NCBI GenBank assembly: GCA_047495785.1
Contig: JBLDXI010000025.1
Coordinates: 124,001 to 188,000 of the forward strand
Length of the DNA: 64,000 nt
Source of the DNA: Lepidodermella squamata
Taxonomy: Eukaryota > Animalia > Gastrotricha
Reading direction: 5' to 3'
Each line of letters starts with the position of its first letter. Position 1 is the stretch's first letter. Shown here one piece after another: positions 11,701 through 25,211 of this stretch. A program made the position numbers and the translations under genes. The notes under the pieces were generated by a model. The model was not told where the DNA came from. It made no database searches and saw nothing but the letters and a program-made list of their open reading frames with translations.

Positions 11701-14700
11701 GAAAGCTGCTGAAGAAGCGGTAAGTTTCCTACCCGTCCAGTGGGTATCCCGGGAATATCACAAAACTTGAATTAAACTCTGACTTCCAAAAAAGGCGAGG
11801 AAGGCTGCAGAAGCAGCGGTGAGCTAAAATATTTCACCGTGTAGTAACTTGATATTGTACTCCCACTTGTATGGTGGGCAGTCGTCGTGTGTAAATTCAC
11901 CCTTTTGTAACTTCATCGTTCACTGACCGAAACCCTGTATCTCAAATCACACTGTGGAGTTGTTTTCCTCTGTCTAATTTTTGTTTCCTCGTCCTTCCAA
12001 CCGCCCCAGAGGCGTCAAGAAATAGCTAGACAGTTCGCACCACTCGAGGTATCACCGCCGAATGACTCCTTTTTTGTTCTACTTTTACCTCACTTTTACC
12101 TTAATTTAGTTAATTCCTCCTCTACCCATTACTTATTTAGTTTGGCTGTTGTGATTGCTACCTGTTAGAAATTTCAATGTGATTGTTTTGTTTTTTGTTG
12201 CGTGCATTCGACATTCGACCAAGAACGATGATAAAACTTCTGTGTTTGATTTCGAAATGTAGGAGCGGGGAGAGGATGCACCGGTGGAAGAAGAGCCACA
12301 AGAAGAGGAGCCGCAGGAAGAAAGTGCCCTCGGCGGACCAAAGCCGATGTTGGAAGTCAATACCTGCTTCTTATTCAGCCCAACAAACCCGATCCGGCGG
12401 TTCTGTCACTGGATTGTAACGTTGCGCTACTTCGACCTGTTCATCATGCTCGTCATCGGCGGGTCTAGTCTGTCGCTAGCCGCAGAAGACCCCGTCGATG
12501 AAACTTCGGACCGCAACAAAGTCCTGGGGTATATAGATTATGTCTTCACGGGCGTCTTCACCATAGAAATGCTTCTCAAGGTTCGCGTTGTCAAATCATT
12601 GTCATAGTTTGCGTTGAATACGGTTTTTGTTCGACCTATTAGATGTTCGACCTTGGCCTTATTTTTCACGAAGGTGCTTACTTCCGTGATCTTTGGAACT
12701 TCCTCGATGCAATTGTCGTCATTTGCGCCCTTTTCGGCTTCGGCTTCACGTAAGTAAACGCTACTTTTTCACCGAAATATTCTTTCAACATTTCGCGAGT
12801 ACATTTTGAGATTGCAAATAAACATACGTTTTTCAACTTACAGAGCCTATGGCGAATTGACCGGACAGTAAGATTATTTTACTAGCCTAGCCTCTGCCGT
12901 GATTGATTTTTCATTTCCTCTCCCTCGAGTGTGGTTTCTCATTGATTTAATTTCCGCTTTGAGTTTGCGCTTTTCCTCTAAACCAGCCTCTAGAGCTGGC
13001 GAAAAGACATTGCATGCCATCACTTAGCTATTGAAATGTGTTGCCTCCATTGATGCTGAAATTGGCACTGTTTACCTCAGGGATCATGGTGCTGCCGGCA
13101 AGAATTTGAACACAATCAAGTCGCTTCGAGTTCTACGTGTGTTGCGACCGTTGAAGACTATCAATCGTGTACCAAAGCTGAAAGCCGTCTTCGACTGCGT
13201 CGTCAACTCGCTGAAGAACGTACTCAACATCCTGATTGTGTACCTACTCTTCCAGTTCATCTTCGCCTGCGTCGCTATCCAGCTGTTTAAAGGCAAGTTC
13301 TTCTACTGCACGGATGCGTCGAAAACGAACCCGGAGGAATGCCAAGGCGAGTACTTCGTCTACGACTTGAAAGATCCGCTGCCACGTGTTGAAAAACGCA
13401 TATGGAAGCTGAACGACTTTCACTACGACAACTTGATCTCGGCTATGCTGACTCTATTCACTGTGACGACGGGCGAGGGCTGGCCACAAGTCCTCAAATC
13501 GTCGATGGACGCTACTCGCGAAGGCTTTGGTCCCGTGCCAGGCTACCGCATGGAAATGGCCATCTTTTACATAGTCTTCTTCATCGTCTTTCCATTCTTC
13601 TTCGTCAACATCTTCGTCGCCTTGATTATCATCACCTTCCAGGAGCAAGGCGAGACTGAGTTGGAAAGCCATGAGATCGACAAAAATCAGAAGCGATGTA
13701 TTGAATTTTCAATCAACGCCCGTCCACTGTGTAGGTTCATGCCAACTAATAAAAACTCGATGAAATACCGAGCGTGGCGCTTAGTCGTCTCGGCGCCATT
13801 TGAGTACTTTGTGATGGTCATCATTTCGCTGAATACTGTCATCCTTATGATGAAAACAACGCAGAGCGAGGAGAAGTCTTATGAAGCCCAAATGTACGAA
13901 TTCGCCCTGGGCCGCGTCAACTTGGCCTTCACGTCTGTTTTCACCCTCGAAGCTATACTCAAAATTATAGCCTTTGGATTCAAGGTAATACTTGTTAGTT
14001 TTCTAGTTTCAGCAAGTTGCTAAATATTTCGTCAATAGAATTACTTTCGAGACGTTTGGAATGCGTTCGATTTCATCACCGTTGTTGGCTCTATAACTGA
14101 TATCATGGTCCAAGAGATGTTTGCGAGCTCCGGCGGTGGGAACTTCATAAATTTAGGCTTTCTTCGCCTTTTCCGAGCAGCTCGTCTCATCAAGTTGCTT
14201 CGATTGGGAGGAACCATCCGAATTCTTCTCTGGACGTTCGTGCAGTCTTTCAAAGCCCTGCCTTACGTCTGCTTGCTCATCGGGATGCTCTTCTTCATTT
14301 ACGCCGTAAGCGTATCGCTAAAGAAATCTGAGTAATGACTAATGTTCTTTGCCGCTTTCAGATCATCGGAATGCAAGTATTTGGCAATATCGCTCTGGAC
14401 GAGAATACGCAAATAAACCGGCATAACAACTTCCGAAACTTCTTCACCGGTTTGCTTCTGCTGTTTAGATGTGCTACAGGCGAGTCTTGGCAGTTGATAA
14501 TGCTAAGCTGTCTTAGCGGACGGCCATGCGATCCGCTAGTCCTCGCCGCCAACCCTCACAACCCGAGCATGACTTGCGGCCAAGACATTGTCGCCTACTT
14601 GTATTTCGTCACATTCGTGTTCTTCTCGACTTTCCTGATGCTGAACTTGTTCGTAGCCGTCATTATGGACAACTTCGACTATCTGACTCGCGACTCGTCC

Positions 14701-17700
14701 ATCCTCGGCCCGCATCACCTCGACGAGTACATCCGCGTGTGGGCCGACTACGACCCGGGTGCGACGGGTCGCATCCACTACAGCGAGATGTACGAACTGC
14801 TGAAGAACCTCGAACCGCCGGTCGGTTTCGGCAAAAACTGCCCGGCGAAGTTGGCCTACCGCAAGCTCATCCGCATGAACATGCCAGTAGCCGAGGATCA
14901 AACTGTCCACTTCAATACAACGCTGTTTGCGCTCATTCGCGAGTCGCTTAAAATCAAAATGGCCGAGGCGGATCAGATGGATAAGAAGGACGATGAGCTG
15001 CGTCAGAGCATCTACAAGTTATGGCCGATTCAGTCGAAGAAAATGTGCAACATTGTGCTGCCTCTCAACGAAGAGCTGAGTTTCCAGAAGCTGACGGTGG
15101 GCAAAATCTACGGCGGCATGATGATCCTTGAAAACTGGCGGCAGTACAAAGTCTGCAAAGCGGCGGGATTCAAAATGGTAAGTCTTTGCCCATTTAAAGC
15201 TAACGACCTATAATCTCCCTTCCCCAATTTGAATCGTATATTAACAATTCTTCATTAAAAATTTTCCAGCCTATGGATGTAAGTTTGAAGAGTGCCCAAA
15301 CACGACCACAATATTTCATTTCGGAGATCGATAGAAGTTGATGGTAGCCACTGTGTGGATTATTAACCCATCGAATGCCTGATCGAGTATCACTCTTTAG
15401 GATAATTTAGGCATCCGCTAGATGATTTTATTTTACGAATAACTAATAGAAGACAATGCGATGATTTTGTTCAGTCACGTTTTAATTTTAATTTATTGGC
15501 GATTTGCGCATTTTTGTTACTAAATAATTGAGGAATTTGTTCAACAACAATTTCAGGGATTCGTCGAACATGTGAGTTGATTGATGCTTTTTCGAAATTG
15601 GCTACCAAATGAAAGCCTGGTGTTTGAATGAATGAGTGAGCCGTGCGAAAGAACGCGGAAAAAACCACAGTTGCTTGTTCCCTTGTCTTGTCCGATTTGC
15701 TACTGAGTGATGACAAAGAGCTATAAGTATACATCGCTGCATTTCACGCCAGCGGGCGTTGCTTTTGGGATTACCATTATTACTCTATTTCTTCAGGACA
15801 CCGCTTTGAAATGCGCGTTTCTATCACAGCAGCGGCGAATAATAAAACTGTTGCATGATGTTGGTATAAACGAATTTCGCATTTCGACGAGCTGCGCGAT
15901 AGCATAAATAAGTTTTTCAATGATTTTATCGTTGTGTTTTTGTTCGATGAATAGAAACCGACGTCGCTGTTCGATCGCATCGTCGACGCCATGTGGCACC
16001 AGACGCCGAGCCACGGCGACGGCACGCCGGTGAGTCGCGGCGACGAGCGCTACGTCGACCCGGCCGCAACCGCACTGAACCCATACGCACCTGTGCATCA
16101 GCCGCAGCCTTTCTCGTTCTTGACACAGCCGAAGAAGAAGTCGCCGTCTACCTCGCCTTCTGCTTCGACCGAGTTCAAACCGTCGATACAGATGGCGCTG
16201 GCTTCGGGTGCCAACGCCATGATTTCAGCGGTAGGACCCGGCGGCATGGTCATGTCGCCGAGCAGGTCGATGAACGAGCAACTTACCATCGAACTGTCAA
16301 CTTCGATGTCGAAGGACGCGATTCATCAGCCGAAGGTAGACACCATGGTCAGTTTGAAGGCTGGAACTGCGGGCCCGCCAACTACTGTCATCAGTAAGTT
16401 CATTTCTAAGTTCTAACATAATCAAATGGTTTCTCCGTAATGTAACTGCACATGCTGTTTTTTCAAAGAAAACAACTTGAAGCTTACCTCTGGTTTACTT
16501 GACCGCTCTTTTCTTATTTGCCTAGCACGAGTATCCGAGACGGAAGGGGCGGAACCCGTTGTAACGGCAGCACATAAACGAGCGCTCCCGCTGCCGGGAG
16601 CACCCTCGAAGCCCGGGGGTAGGGCTCTGCCAATGCCAGGAGCCCCGTCCATCATTGACTCGGCGGTTCCGCCGAACGCGGTCGCTCCCATCGAAGCAGT
16701 GCCTGTCGGTCCGCCTCAGCTGCCGGTGCGCAAGTCATCGGCTGCGCGGGCGTTACCGCTTCCAACGCCTGCTGCACCAGTTGTTGCCGCTCCGGCTCCG
16801 GTCCCAGCTGCAGTTCCCCAAGTAGTGCCTCAAGTACAGCCGCCTGCTCCGGTTCAGCCGGTTCAGCTACCAATGCCTGCTCCTCAGCCACCACAGCCTA
16901 CTATGCCAATGCAGCCTGCTCAAGTGATGATGCCATCTCAACCGCCGCCAACTAGCGCACCGGCAATGGTTCAGCCAGTTCAACAACAAATGCCTGTTCA
17001 GAGCCACGGCATTCTGATGCCGCCGCCGAGTATCCTGCCGCAACAGCCGCAGCAGCAAGTGCGAACTCAAATGCCTCAGATGATGCAACAACAGCAGCAG
17101 CAGCAGCAGCAGCGGCCTATGATGTCGTCTCAACCTCCTGCAATGCCTCAACAAATGTCGCAGCAACCAATGAGTCAGATGGCTCCGCAGATGATGCCTC
17201 AAATGCAGGCGAGGCCTATGATGCAGCCGCAACAACCCCATCATCAACAACAGCCAGTCGGGCCGAACCAAGTTGCCCCTCTCATCGTGCCTCCGGTTCC
17301 TCAGCACTTCCAGCATCAGAGACCGCCTCTGGTGCAGCAACAAGCGGTGACACAAGGGCCTCGCCAGCAACATGTCGCAACAGGGCCGACCATTCGTGGA
17401 ACCTCCGGAGTAATGCCTGGTGGAGAAATGCCTACTAGGCTACTACCGAACGTTCCACCAGTGAAACAGCCTCGACAAGCCTTCCCACCTCCGAGTCGAG
17501 CTTTGCCATCAGTGCCACCTGTACCTGGACAGCAGAAAATCGCACCAGGTCGGGGTTACGACGACGTGGACCTGTCACCGAAACCCGGCCGTAGGTTACC
17601 AGCAATACGCGGAGGGAAAGTGCTGCTCCAACCGAAACGAGGTTCTGAAGCGATGCTTATGAAGAGCGCTTCGCTAGAGACACGTTCTCGAAGTCCATCT

Positions 17701-18426
17701 CCGCCTCACATCGTGCCCAGTAGGACTCAGCCTTCAATAGGCGATGCAGTGGGTGCGTTGGCTGAAACTTATGACTGGTATTCGGCTGGCGAGTTGAGCC
17801 AGTCCGGCGACATGATGTACGCTCCGTGGAGTCCACCACGGCGCCGTTATCTGCCCCAAGTCAGTCAGCCGTCGAATATCGGCCGGCGCTTGATGCCGAA
17901 GATCCCGGCACCCAAGCCGAAAACAGTCGGTCCTTACCAGGCTGAAGTTCCTGACTCCTTTGTTGTCGCAATGGACGTTGACGACGAAGGGGTGATCAAT
18001 CGAAAACCGGCTCGGTTCCTGCCATCACCGACCACTGTGACTCTCACGAATCTAGAGAAGCAGCAACAGCGTCTGATCGAACTTCAGGCTACAACAACGC
18101 GGCTTCTGCCGATGCTGCCCGTGAACAATGGCCACGCTGGTACGTTGCCAAACGGGAGCCCACTCGGCGGTCGCAAGTTGCCAGATGTCGCCAAGTTGCA
18201 GGAGCAGAAGATGAGGAAACTTCAAGCTCAACAGCAGGAGATGCAGCAACATCAGCAGTTCCAAAACGTTCCGATGATGATTCGGCCGGCAACGACGAAT
18301 GGCATGGCGCCGATGAACGGCAATGGCCGCATGGCGGCTCCTATGAGGAATGCTGTCGTGAGCCTGATGCCACGAAGTCCCGACGTCGATGACATGGAGG
18401 ATGACGATGATGTTGATTGGTTCTAA
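8756..18426 (+). CDS. Cav2: Voltage-gated calcium channel alpha-1 subunit, Cav2 (cacophony/UNC-2/CACNA1A-B-E) class. Exons: 8756..9389, 9784..10163, 10268..10371, 10435..11564, 11619..11719, [11795..11818], 12010..12048, 12263..12580, 12643..12749, [12844..12867], 13081..13984, 14039..14305, 14362..15177, [15270..15278], 15955..16393, 16526..18426
   Basis: Four repeats with S4 segments ([14 protein letters not shown]; [11 protein letters not shown]; [14 protein letters not shown]; [14 protein letters not shown]). Pore loops TMEGW/TGEDW/TGEGW/TGESW = EEEE. Also [23 protein letters not shown], Cav2-type IQ region [15 protein letters not shown] and an acidic-W C-terminus. All junctions checked as GT-AG and in frame. 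Confidence 0.97.
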
Positions 18427-19135
18427 ACCAATGGTGAAAAATTGCCACTACTGCCCTAATCACGTGCCATTACACTGAATTAATGCCTATACTAAAATGA
18501 CCGATTACAACTGTAGATACAACTGACTGATTCCTCTTAACAGATCTCTAATTGCCTGATTTTTCTACAATCACGAACAAATTCGCCATCTGCTATATTT
18601 TTATGTTCTGTTTATTGTTTTACGCTATCCGTTGTCCAAAACATCGAGCGCGCTACTTTTTTATTTAGTTTTCAAAGGAAATTAGGAAAGCCGTTAACAA
18701 AACTCAAGTAACACAACTAATTTTTGTCGCGCTGTTAATAACGCTTGTCATCTTCATTTTAATCACTTTCAACTCAAGTTTATCGATTAAACAAATGTAA
18801 TGCCTTTCTGCGATGCTTGAAGGATCTGGACGCTGTAGCATAATAATGCCTACCAAAGTTCGGGTGCACGTGAAAGAGGCACGGGAAATGCGGTTTTTAT
18901 TACTGAGACTCTGTATACTACCCAACTTTATGCTGTACATTTGAATTGCGAAGAAAACAATTGCGATGTGATGATCAATAAAATCGAGAAATTTCAAATT
19001 GGATTCGGCTGTTTTATACTCATGGCCTAGAAAAAAGCTCTAAAACACACATCACTCTGATTTATTTTTGAGTGAGGAAAAGCCACAGTTTAAAGTGAAC
19101 CGGTTGAAGGCATATGATGTGATTCAGTGCGATGA

Positions 19136-20944
19136 TCAGGTTGCAAGTTTAAAGAAAACTACCGGCAGTATGCAGAAGAAGAAAACAATGAAGAAAAGAC
19201 AGAGACGATCGACAACAAGAGCCAAGTGATAGCGTTCTGCTGCAATGTCGACGAAGATGTTTGTCGGTTTCTTCCTATCGGCATTGGAAGCCGGCGTAAG
19301 CTCAATGTCATCATCAGCCGCCGGGGACGACAATTTCGGTAGTTTGCGGACGAAGCGCCGAGATTGCGAACTGAACATGCCTTTAAACCACGACTGACGA
19401 CGGTGAGTCGTTGACGGACTTCCGATTTGAAACGGCTCCGACGGCGGAACTGAATTATAACGTAAGTTGAGAAAGCAAAAACATGTTGCCAGCCTTACCT
19501 TCCCTGCCTTCCTTCGCCTTATCTTTGGAGCTACGCTTCGGAATCATAATGCGATTGGAGATATCTGCTATCCACCTCGGCAACGGTTCTGGGTTTTTGC
19601 ACAGGCCCAACACGAGAATTGATTCGATTGTGATTAGAATGCCCATCATCAGCTGAGCCGTCGAGTATTTGACAAGAGGCGCGGGCTCTGATGCCTTATT
19701 GATTTTGGATGCCATGGATGATTGAAAAATGTCTACAGCCAACACGGCGGTGATTCCGAACATGACTCGTTCGGGCGAGAAGGGCAGGAAGAAGACGCTA
19801 GCCTAAAGATAAGCTTGTTGCATGCATCTGCGGAGTTCATACATCGAAATTACCTGAACGGCGGCCATAGACGCAGTTGGCAAGAGAATATTCCATACGT
19901 AGTAGTCGGCTTTACGCTGGACAGTTATTGTGTACACAACTGCGGAGAACACTGTGCCACTTCGCGTTCGAACTGCAGTTTCGGCACCTGTCAAATCATT
20001 GACGTGCCACATTTGATTATCTGTTCCATGAGCTGCTGCGACACCGCCCGCCTCAGCCGCTGCCACGTCGTCATCTTCGTCGTCTTTTTCCTCGTCGTCC
20101 AACTCTGATGAAGAATTGTCAGTCAGTGGCACGCTGCTTTCCATGGCTGATGATTGGGGTTGCGATGACCCACCCGAGAATAAGCGAAGTTTGACGCGAG
20201 GATGCCGGAATTTCAACACCTTTATATGAAAAAGTGATCATGATCGGTTGAATTACAATGCCGAAATACTCACTTTGAAGACAAAGTTGCAGTGCTGTGT
20301 GTCGAATGGGAAACTAGACAGATCAATATTGCAGGCAGTCTCGAATCGTTCCGTGACACTGGCGTGAACAAGCCCAGTGTTGTCGGTCCATAGGAGTACC
20401 GGTGCGGTACCAGCAACGCCCGATTGCTGAAAAATGGGAGCACGATGCGAGCCACTTCCGACGGGAACGATTACAGGCATGAAGACTTGCTGATCGCGCA
20501 GGACGAGAGCGTCGATACCGTTGAACTGTGACGCGTTCCAGCGCAGGAAATCGTCTCGCCACAAGGCCGACACGGTTCCGACAATCCGAACTGTGCCGAG
20601 CTGCTCGTCGATCCCTGTAAATTCCTCAACAAGCAGACGCACGTAGACGTCCATCGGCCGACTGGGGTTGCGAACAGGACGAGCCAACCCAAAGCCGCGA
20701 TAATTTGCCATCAGATGTTCAATGAGCCTCGTTTCGTCGTTACCTGCAAAATATCCGGGAAATAACGGAGGGCAATTCTGATAGATGACTAACAATTGAT
20801 GTTAGAGTTACATTCTACATTTCTCATCTCTTTTGAGCGCTGAATAACCCACTGATTCCCGATTTTCCCTCCTTTTCCATGACCGTTGACCAAGCTTGAA
20901 ACGCACGGCAACAGATAGAAGAACGCAGCTAACAGTTGAAGCAT
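19136..20944 (-). CDS. Divergent Cys-loop (pentameric) ligand-gated ion channel subunit A, nAChR/5-HT3-like, non-alpha. Exons approx. 20944..(20884 or 20812), 20743..20274, 20219..19854, 19802..19499, 19449..19136
   Basis: Signal peptide MLQLLAAFFYLLPCVSS; ETRLIEHLMANY...RPVRN; W-x-D-x-x-L-x-WN; Cys loop CNIDLSSFPFDTQHC; M1 YYVWNILLP; M2 PERVMFGITAVLAVDIFQ; M4 ALVVDRLCL. First donor is ambiguous. Confidence 0.92.
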
Positions 20945-22573
20945 CCCGCTACAATTTTGTTTTTACGTAAGGACATATCAAGCGGATGCACTAAGCCTGA
21001 TTATACTGCTTCTTGAGATGGGTCATCGGAATAATAAAGCCTCGAGCGTGCCGCATAATCGCGAGTGCTTAATGCGGCTTTCCTCTCCTACTAGCCGCTA
21101 AATCTCAACTATCGCGCAGGAAAAATTAATTTCCAACTGAACAGAATGAACAACTTCCAACAACTTCAAATCAATTAAAACATGTTTATAAGGTATTCAT
21201 GCTCAAAGCTCAGAATTGCTAGGTTGAAGAGAGCACGTCACAAATTTCAATTAACATATCCAAGCTTGATAGATAAACGAAGGAAATTACAACTTGCCTC
21301 TGAATTTCGAAAATCCGGTTACGGGATCGAGCAGGCCCCTTTGCGGATTCTGACAGAAGCTGTAGGACGCGAACCAGACCATCACCACTGTCGCCACGGT
21401 GGCGCGAAAATTGTAAAACAGCATTCGGAGTAGTGTTTTTTAGTTGTGGGATGATGCGCAGAACAACTCAGAGAAGCGGGCGAATCAATGAGGCATTACC
21501 GTCAGCTCAGTGCGGCAATATGGTCCGTTTTTTATTTGCCTCGTTCTAATTTGCGGCGACGAACATGGGACTGGGAAAGGCAATTTTTCACTGCTGTGAT
21601 CATTATTATTACATCGCTGATCGCCGTAGCATCATGTGAAGAGCGGCGTCGCCTCGTAAGATGGCTAGCAATGCGCATCAGCAGCATAATTATCGGCGCC
21701 TCTTCGCTTTCTATTTGACGATACGAAGGTTGCCGCTCAGATTGAGCCGCGCAATAAATTACGTGCTGAGTGCTAAATCACCTGTTATAATAGTATCACC
21801 TGATATAAGCAACTGCAAATTTGACAGTTCGATCAAGAGCTGATTTAAAACACTTGCCGCATTGAGTAGAGGCGACAGAAAATACAGAAGAAGCCTAGAG
21901 AAACCGCATTTGACATTGTGTTTGACATGATGTGTCGAGCTTGAACAGACTACGAGGCCAAAAACTATGAACTCATGTACAAGACTGAACTCCGAAGAAA
22001 CCAATCGATAAAATGAGTAGCAAATTCTGCTCTTCTGCGGTTGATTTTCACCTTCCACCCTATTTGTGTGTGTGTGTGTCCACGCGAAAATTCCGAGTTT
22101 TTTCCTCTAAAAAATGGAGACATCACGAAAATCTGATTTAGCAGCCGTTTCCACGTGAATCATTGCTAATCCCTGGGGTGTGCTGGTATCAGTGACGGAA
22201 CGTCATTTTTCATTGTCCATTGTAACTGTAGCATGATTCAACTTTAGGGTGGCATGCGTCACAGAAGCTCATTTCTAAGCATAGAAGTTATTAGAAGATG
22301 CAGACGTAAGAGGTGCAGACGAGAGTGACGTAATTGGTAGCCTATTTTCATCTACTACGGCTCAGCTAATCCAAAATTCATATGTGCCAAGAGTTGGAGA
22401 ACTCGCACGTGTTTTTAACAAATGCATTCTCAAGATCAGTTAATATTTTTGGGGATTAAAGTTGTTATGTGTAGCCACTTGAGGCACATTTTCCACGTCT
22501 TGTTACAAAAGAACGCGTCGAGTTCGTTTATTTCAAGCTTTGACAATCGTATTTGTGGGTAATAAACAGTCTC

Positions 22574-24575
22574 ATGTTTCTGGCTCAGCATCGCCTTTTG
22601 CTGCTGTTTAGCGGTGTTTTCTTAGTGCCTGCGAGCTACTCGCTAGGAGAGGACAGTTTCACAGGTTGAGTTATAGTCAAATATTACGAAAGGCGAAATA
22701 AACACTGCTTAAACTTTTAGGCAACGATGAGACGAGACTGACAGAAAAGCTGATGAATCGCTACCGTGGTCTCGGTCTGGCTCGGCCAGTGCGCGACGTC
22801 ACAAAAGCGATGGTGGTAAAGTTCCACTTCGACCTCGATGAGTTCACAGACCTCGATGAACATCGCGGCCTCGTGCGGATTGTTGCCGCAGTGATGGCGA
22901 CATGGCATGACGAGTTCTTGCGATGGAATGAGACGGAGTTTGCTCACATTGATACTATTTCGTTACGCGGCCGAGAAATCTTCACCCCGGTCATCATACC
23001 AGTTGGATCTCGTGGAGATCATGCGCCAATTTTCCAGCAATCTGCTTCAAATCTGGAGTCCCATCTCTTCTGGGTCGAGTCTGATGGCCAAGTTCACGCT
23101 ATTGCCAGTGAGGAATTCGAAACGACTTGCAAGGTTGCTAGAATTTTCGCAAAAACACAACTCTTCTATTTCTTTGATTTCAAAGCTTGACGTCAGCAAC
23201 TTTCCATTCGACACGCAACGATGCTCTTTCTTCTTCAAAGTACTGCAATTCAGACGACCGTTGATCAAACTGAAGTTGATGACGCATATCGACGAAGACC
23301 GAATCGGGCAAGAAGACCAGTTGGGAGAGTACTCGAACGCCACCGTGTCGAACCCCCTGTGGGATGTCATCGAGGTCGCAGGGTCTGAGACCATGCTGAA
23401 AAAGCACTCGGCTGTCGTTTATACAATTACAATCCGTCGCCAGTCTTCGTATTACATTTGGACAGTTCTATTGCCAACTGCCTCGATGGCAGCAATTCAG
23501 GCGTCTATCTTCTTTCTGCCTTTCACCCCCGAAAGAATCATGTACGGCATCACTTCGGTGCTTGCCCTCGACATTTTTCAGTCAAACTTGCAAGCGAAAA
23601 TTCACACGTCAGCAGAGCCAATTCCGCTGATTCGCTACTCGATCTCACAAATGATAATGGGAATCGTAATTACGATAGAGTCGATCGTCGTGCTATGCAT
23701 TACCAACAATCCTGAACCTCTGCCACGATGGGCCGTTCGGTTTGTTGAGCTTTTGACCTGCGGACGTGGCTATCCTCAGCTGCGAAAGCGCATCATCACT
23801 GATAAACTGATTGCTAGGCGGCGACGGAAGGCTGCTGAAGCCCAAGAAACGGCTCAGGAAGCCGCCGATTCGGCACAGAAAGATGTGCCACTAATCGTAA
23901 CTAGCGCTGTTCGCACTCCGAGTAAGACATATAATTTAGCGTTTTTCCTACCGCTGTGCTATGTGTTATTTAAAAGTTAAAAGACAGTGATAACAAATAA
24001 TTTCTTTTGAAGGATCTTCCGGTGATTCTGCCGTCGCAGACTCGGAGAAATCGAAACGTGAAGAGCAGCGTATCCAAGAGAAACTACAAAGCATGCTCGA
24101 GTATGAAGTTCTGGATAATAATGCTCTGGGTGCTGGCAGTATATCAAATAGGCATCGTCTGGGCCGAAATTCGTTCTTAGAAGCTGCCTCGTGGAGTGAT
24201 CGCCGTCTGTCCACACTTGGCAACATCATTCGCCCACCGATTATCACAGTTGAACGAAAAGCTGAGACGGTGAAGCGGTCTCGTAGCACTGACCCAAACA
24301 CGCAATTTCAGTCGGCCAACGGCGATATTGTGACTGCTCGGCAGTTGAGCGATGGGCATGTTCGTGCACCAGTTAGGCAAAATCGCCGGCAACGCCACGA
24401 AACCGTAGAATCGGACCGGCACCGGTCTGTACAAACCGAACCGCCGACGACTTTCATCAGCGTTGTTGCGCTCGAACGCCACCAGCTGGCAGTTCTGCTT
24501 GACCGGCTCTTCCTCATCGTCATGATCGGATTTTTTATTGTTTTACCGCTTGCTTTTTTTAAGGTCACGGCTTGA
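22574..24575 (+). CDS. Divergent Cys-loop channel subunit B; join(22574..22664,22721..23133,23186..23921,24013..24575)
   Basis: Signal peptide; GNDETRLTEKLMNRY...RPVRD; Cys loop CK|LDVSNFPFDTQRC split by an intron; M2 PERIMYGITSVLALDIFQ; M4 AVLLDRLFL. Junctions in frame. Confidence 0.93.
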
Positions 24576-25211
24576 TAGTAGTTGAAATTCTAATTACTAT
24601 AATGCATCGGTGCAATCTTTATTTATTTTGTGAACTAAAGAATACAACAGGAGCCATCCTAGAACCGTATGAAATTTGTGGATTTTCAGAGTAAATGTTC
24701 TCTTTCTCCCTCTATTAGACGTATATTTCCAATTCATAATCCTTCCACAGCTGGTATAGCCGACTATATTTAGCCAAAAAGAGAATTTTCTTGGCCAGTT
24801 GGTGAGGTATTCTTTTTTGAAATTCATCAATTCATTGCGGCATGTAATAATGAGGCGATAATGAGTATCGGCTGCATTATTGAGTTTCCCAGTACAGGAA
24901 CAACACGCAAGAAGGAAATGAGATAACGCTGACGATGTGTCGGGACACTCATAAAAATCTTAGGAGAAAAGATGCGATGACGCCTAAAGCAGGAGTATTA
25001 GTTTGGGAAAAAAACAAGTGCTCGTGCATCGATTTTCGTCGCAGGCGTAAAAATACCATTTGCTCATCTAGTACTCACCACACGCTCGAGTGAGAGAGGG
25101 AGAAAAAATGATGATCGCTATGAGACTGGTTTTTGTCCGTTCGCGATCAATCAGCATTTGAGCCGTAAATAATCGAGCATCTGGAAAATTATCAAACTGA
25201 CATCGTTTTCG

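Noticed and set aside
12224-12262. Alternative upstream acceptor giving [12 protein letters not shown] (two-domain truncated Cav2)
   Set aside because: Weak AAG acceptor, and the TAG is simply the normal acceptor of the next exon. No further support.
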